DNA of 29,865 nucleotides from a virus. Its lineage: Duplodnaviria > Caudoviricetes. The stretch lies in the IMG/VR virus record IMGVR_UViG_3300025875_000082, positions 1 to 29,865 of that record, one strand, 5' to 3'. Shown piece after piece: positions 26,801 to 29,865 of the stretch. The position numbers and the translations under genes are program-made. Positions within the stretch are counted from its first letter, which is position 1. Every line of letters begins with the position of its first letter. Below the pieces are notes generated by a model. That model had not been told where the DNA came from and made no database searches. It saw only the letters and a program-made list of their open reading frames with translations.

Positions 26801-29710
26801 GTGGGTGACGTTATCTACCATTCGCACGCCTACTCGCTTGAGGATGGGCAGGCGCACTGGTCGATCAACGGCATAGGCCTGACGGATCGCAACGCGACCA
26901 CGTACACGAACAGCACCGGTCAGGGCTTCGGCAGCTTTAACCCGTCGGCGAGCGCCAGCTATCGCACGAGCCAGAACTTCTCGTTCGAGACCAACGCCAT
27001 CCTCGCGGCCGCGTTCGCCATGAAGGACGAGCCCTTCTGGTCTCCGATCATCGACGAGGTGATCCAGGCGAACAGGGCGAACTTCCCCGGTCCAGCGACC
27101 AACGTTCAAGACATAGAGAGCATGAGGTTCAAGGCGACCTATGTTTGGGAGGGCCTCTACAATGCGGACGGAACCAGAAAGACCGTCTATACCTACATGG
27201 ACGGCTTCTATGACGCCCACATGCAGAACCTAGTCGGGGCTGATCGTTTCAACCGGGTCGTCGGTTTCATTCCCATGGTGAACCCGCCTGCCGTGCCTGT
27301 GTTCACTTCCGGCGCCACTGCCACCGGCTCCTACACGGCACAGGCGACGCTCGCCGGCGGTGGAGCCATCACCTACAGCATCCTCGGCGGCAGGCATGGG
27401 CATCTGTTCACGATTGACCCGGCGACCGGCGTGGTGACGCCTCCGGCGGCGCCTGGCACCTATGACGTGATCGTTGGTGCCGCCGGTCCAAACCTGATCG
27501 AGGGCTATACGCGCTCCATTCCGAAGCGCGTGGCCTTCACGGTCGCGGTGGCGGCGAGCGACGTGCCGCTCAAGATCGGCGTGGTCGGCTCCAGCACCAT
27601 GAACGCGGCGTTCTTCAACGAACTGGGTGAGACTTCCGACCCGCTCGTGACGCGCAGCCTCTCCACCTCGCCCACCTCGTTCAGCACCTGCCCGGGCTTG
27701 GCCATGCGCCGGATCGGCAAGGCACTGCGCGCCCGGTACAACCGCCCGATCCAGTTCGTGAAATGCACCGTGGGCGGCACCACGGTGGCTGGCTGGGACA
27801 CGGCCGGCAACGAGGACATGCAGACCACGGTTGCAGCTTTCCAAGCTGTCGGTGGCGTGGACCTGATCCTGTTCCAGCTCGGCTTCAACGACGCATCGGG
27901 CGGCACCTTCACCACCCAGGCCGAGCACGAGCCGCGCTTGCGTTCGGTGCTTGCCAAGCTGCGAGCGGCGGCGGGCGGCCATGTGCCCGTCATCATGGGC
28001 CTTTCGCAAAAGTCGGCCTCCACGACGCTCACCACCGCTGCGCATGCTCGCTTCGATGCGCTGTATCTGGCCGAGGACGCGGTATCGAAGGACGCCAACA
28101 ACTTCTTCGGCGCGCAGCAGTACGATCAGCCCCAGCAAGACACCATCCACATGACAGATGCGGGCTACGGGCCATGGGGTGACCGCTTCGCGGCCAACAT
28201 CATCCGAGCGATCGACGGCCTGCCGATCGCTACCGGCCCGCGGATGACAGGCCTAGTTTCCAACAGCACCACGAGCACCACCGTGCTTCTGTCGCACGCG
28301 GTTGCCACCGACTTCACCCCCGCCTCCGGTATCACCGGCTTCGAGGTGTCGCAGGACAACTTCGCGACTGTCGTGCCGATCAGTGCGGCCGTGCGCGCGA
28401 GCGCGAGCTCCATTACCTTGACGCACGCCGCGCTCACTCCTGGCGCGACCTTGGGGGTTCGGTTTCTGCGGGGCGGCAATCCGCCCCGCACGGCGCCGCC
28501 TATCGACAACTTCAGCACGCCCATGCCCATGCAGCCGCACCCGACGGCGCGAACGGCTATTGTGGCCGGAGGGAGCACGCCTGCGCCCGCCCCGACGCCT
28601 TCGCCTCCCACCATCACCAATCTGACCATTTCGCCTGCGACGGCCAAGATCGGTCAGGTGTCCACCGCCAGCTATACGCTCGGAGGCGGCGCGCCCGATC
28701 GGGTCGTCACTGCCTGGCAGCGCAATGGCGTGAACATCGCCGGGACCATCACGGATGGACCGGGCCAGCTTGGGCAGGCGACCAGCACCCACACACTCAG
28801 CAGCGGCCTGCCATGGACCACAGACGACGACCTGACGTTCTACGTGTGGGCGGGTAATACCGGCGGCTCGGCCGAGAAGACAGGCACCGTTCCGTTCGAG
28901 GCGGCGGGTACGGCGACCCCGACGCCTACGCCTACGCCCGCCCCTGCCGGCACGCACGAACTCATCAGCAACGTAAACCTGAACAGTCTGAACAGCCCGG
29001 TTCCCCCCTCGTCGATGTTCGACACCCTTCTCATGCTTATGGAGGTCAGGACGCCTGCCGCGTTCGATGGGTCACAATGGGCTCAGACCAAGGCGTTCAT
29101 CAAGGATGCCGACAACGCTGGCTCTACCAATCCGCTCAAGCTTTACATGAACTTCACCGACGGCCTGCGAATGCTTGGCGTTGCGGGTGGCATTGGGCAT
29201 AGTGACTTCTGGACGGCGTCCGAAGTCAATCAGCGCGGCGTGATCGGCTACTACATGGACCGCATCACCGGCGTGACGCGCATCTTCTTCGTCCGTGCCG
29301 ACGGCACGATCCGAGAGCCCACCAGCACGTATGCCGCGGCAGCGGCACAGCCTGCGGCATCGGTCGATATCGCGACCGCGTTCCCTCACGGACTGGCCAT
29401 GTTCGGGCACAATGAGCCGCTGAATGTCGCCGCGAGCCGCATGCTGATCCACTATCAGTCGGGCGCCGGCCCGATTGGCACGCTCGCGAACGATCCCACC
29501 GCCTTTGCCGGTTCGGTGCTGCAGCCGCTGGTATCATGGGGCGAGGGCGAGAGCGTAATGGCTGAGCTAGGGTTCAGCGGGAAGCCGAAGCTCCTCTACA
29601 ACCTGACCACGGCGCTCGCGAACAGCTCAGTTCCGAACCTGGGCACGGTCCCGAATATGCCGCTTACGCCGCGGTTGTCGGTCAGCACCAATCCGTTCGT
29701 GGCTGGGTAA
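23801..29710 (+). CDS. Giant multidomain fibre/adhesin with Ig/cadherin-like and SwmB-like repeats and an SGNH hydrolase domain
   Basis: 1969 aa; SGNH blocks VVGSS, VGGT, QLGFND, DTIH (about 27570-28215); two SwmB-like repeats (about 24490-24790 and 25200-25520); cadherin-like ITYSILGG...LFTIDPATGVVT; PT/PA linkers. Confidence 0.8.
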   Translation: MSFLPSSSGSQLMSEAQFDAAWDVIPDSPEKRAAKAALAGKAYRPRPKDLDTVAPEITSPNISGPYTERTVVRGQLRASESVTFFYISSTIAVTLDEDTGEYSFVVPDYEAQAHIITFGAVDGFGLTGIQNNTITPVSVAAPPVISRLSVEPAGTIINGRKLTGVMEWSGGGDGSYRWLDAQGAELSATNEWTPTARPDGFQFSLEGKVTPPTGQAVTKVLSFTLKSSPPVVLEGSIGNLKTLLIPMSDEMNPDSTPDLSAIMVSAPSFGSQPATDIAVQSNPPMLRVLLATAFAPGELATFAYTKPSENPLRNLDGEPLESFTGQTILNQTARPARVVRLVMDKAIAYKNPANPDRGIRFHIEVDRLEEGDEAAASVLWALGADPAATLKVSNGDIPFTGNQPLSIPLGSLVSPTVERFPNESTVEAPDEGGAVSISKPAGCVIATGGSYGPFVVRSEGAVAALPAPVVTLRQWDTLTVRDFYDLPLDPATLPQPSAYTIKNPDGSVNPVLAVAHGVDGETGRHFVSRTVTNQIVGGQDGATETYVPPATNPLKGTNGVPASGYTDAPIVNITAVPVTVAPDGTTNTISFGSRKLGVEVTGQPGKPVPYQLDMNGEYMMIGAFTIVSDSLAGTAGRHGATKNPIFQQTHGWDDRLFTKGMGISDSNKAMFRETRRMTFPAMMVPEDIAVFAESIGTPEGSRTAIASYYPLHCIAAPVSNPQNRVAPEAIRGTKPLRARSVSRELDLDAKLATLPALPIPGRKIRLGRVIEAMSRSSPVSAFTRIDNSGSTGYEVSVPVGFSLDGDDAGYSTDLAYVWTPASYYILDPTTPAADRKKLLGWMIAHGRDYFFHQYNDIDNIMSNGGGHFSSQSIPAMWALWALGETEILKHYGTPAKAVYDNTLQFGYLTPAHIARCVPHDDTEDNWPNVYRRWEVKAIGVNSSGKPTISITWGGDHYSGGGLLIRLASTGEVLCRSAQGTNITNPPSPVTIQVDTTAKIKVGDVIYHSHAYSLEDGQAHWSINGIGLTDRNATTYTNSTGQGFGSFNPSASASYRTSQNFSFETNAILAAAFAMKDEPFWSPIIDEVIQANRANFPGPATNVQDIESMRFKATYVWEGLYNADGTRKTVYTYMDGFYDAHMQNLVGADRFNRVVGFIPMVNPPAVPVFTSGATATGSYTAQATLAGGGAITYSILGGRHGHLFTIDPATGVVTPPAAPGTYDVIVGAAGPNLIEGYTRSIPKRVAFTVAVAASDVPLKIGVVGSSTMNAAFFNELGETSDPLVTRSLSTSPTSFSTCPGLAMRRIGKALRARYNRPIQFVKCTVGGTTVAGWDTAGNEDMQTTVAAFQAVGGVDLILFQLGFNDASGGTFTTQAEHEPRLRSVLAKLRAAAGGHVPVIMGLSQKSASTTLTTAAHARFDALYLAEDAVSKDANNFFGAQQYDQPQQDTIHMTDAGYGPWGDRFAANIIRAIDGLPIATGPRMTGLVSNSTTSTTVLLSHAVATDFTPASGITGFEVSQDNFATVVPISAAVRASASSITLTHAALTPGATLGVRFLRGGNPPRTAPPIDNFSTPMPMQPHPTARTAIVAGGSTPAPAPTPSPPTITNLTISPATAKIGQVSTASYTLGGGAPDRVVTAWQRNGVNIAGTITDGPGQLGQATSTHTLSSGLPWTTDDDLTFYVWAGNTGGSAEKTGTVPFEAAGTATPTPTPTPAPAGTHELISNVNLNSLNSPVPPSSMFDTLLMLMEVRTPAAFDGSQWAQTKAFIKDADNAGSTNPLKLYMNFTDGLRMLGVAGGIGHSDFWTASEVNQRGVIGYYMDRITGVTRIFFVRADGTIREPTSTYAAAAAQPAASVDIATAFPHGLAMFGHNEPLNVAASRMLIHYQSGAGPIGTLANDPTAFAGSVLQPLVSWGEGESVMAELGFSGKPKLLYNLTTALANSSVPNLGTVPNMPLTPRLSVSTNPFVAG

Positions 29711-29716
29711 GGCGAC

Positions 29717-29865
29717 ATGCCCGCGCTTCCCGCTCGCATCTCGTTCATTCAAGCGCCGTTTCGCCGCGCCGTGGTGGAGGATTCCGCTGTGCGGGCTCGC
29801 CACGGCCGACTGGCGCGCGAGAGTGATGACCCGGTCGAGACGTTTTTCCACCACGTCGAAGATGC
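29717..29865 (+). CDS. Phage protein, probably tail-related (3'-truncated)
   Basis: ATG 29717 open to the window end: MPALPARISFIQAPFRRAVVEDSAVRARHGRLARESDDPVETFFHHVED. Confidence 0.6.
   Translation, partial: MPALPARISFIQAPFRRAVVEDSAVRARHGRLARESDDPVETFFHHVED

Larger units (their letters stand above)
1..29865 (+). mobile_element. Lambda-like siphovirus/prophage late region (head, neck, tail, lysis) with an accessory island
   Basis: Continuous co-oriented array of portal, S49 protease, decoration, capsid, tail tube, chaperone, tape measure, tail tip, endolysin and spanin genes; both ends run off the window. Confidence 0.97.

Noticed and set aside
28575-28946. Short CCGACG/CCTGCG-type tandem repeats
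   Set aside because: They encode Pro-Thr/Pro-Ala linkers in the giant fibre, not an independent element

Overview
The whole window is the late (morphogenesis and lysis) region of a GC-rich lambda-like siphovirus or prophage, probably from an alphaproteobacterial (Sphingomonadales-like) host; the host call is inference. Gene order on the + strand: portal (5'-truncated), HNH-AP2 endonuclease, S49 protease, separate scaffold, head decoration, major capsid, neck and tail tube genes, and a tail assembly chaperone with a -1 frameshift. An accessory island (about 8715-11352) follows. After it come a DUF6441-like gene, a tape measure protein with an M23 peptidase domain, a tail tip/fibre, a lysis cassette (holins, DUF3380-type muramidase, overlapping spanins), a 1969-aa multidomain fibre with an SGNH esterase, and a further gene cut off at the edge. 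The main observation is in the island. An RHH-linked, translationally coupled three-gene operon encodes a stand-alone RAMP/Cas7-like protein (9738-10355). It ends in a ~115-nt non-coding tract of GGY triplets alternating with variable NN dinucleotides (period 5, 10838-10952), closed by a GNRA-capped terminator hairpin. No CRISPR array or other cas gene is visible. This suggests a minimal phage-encoded RNA-guided system with a non-contiguous guide code. Family assignments come from motif recognition by eye; no database search was run.
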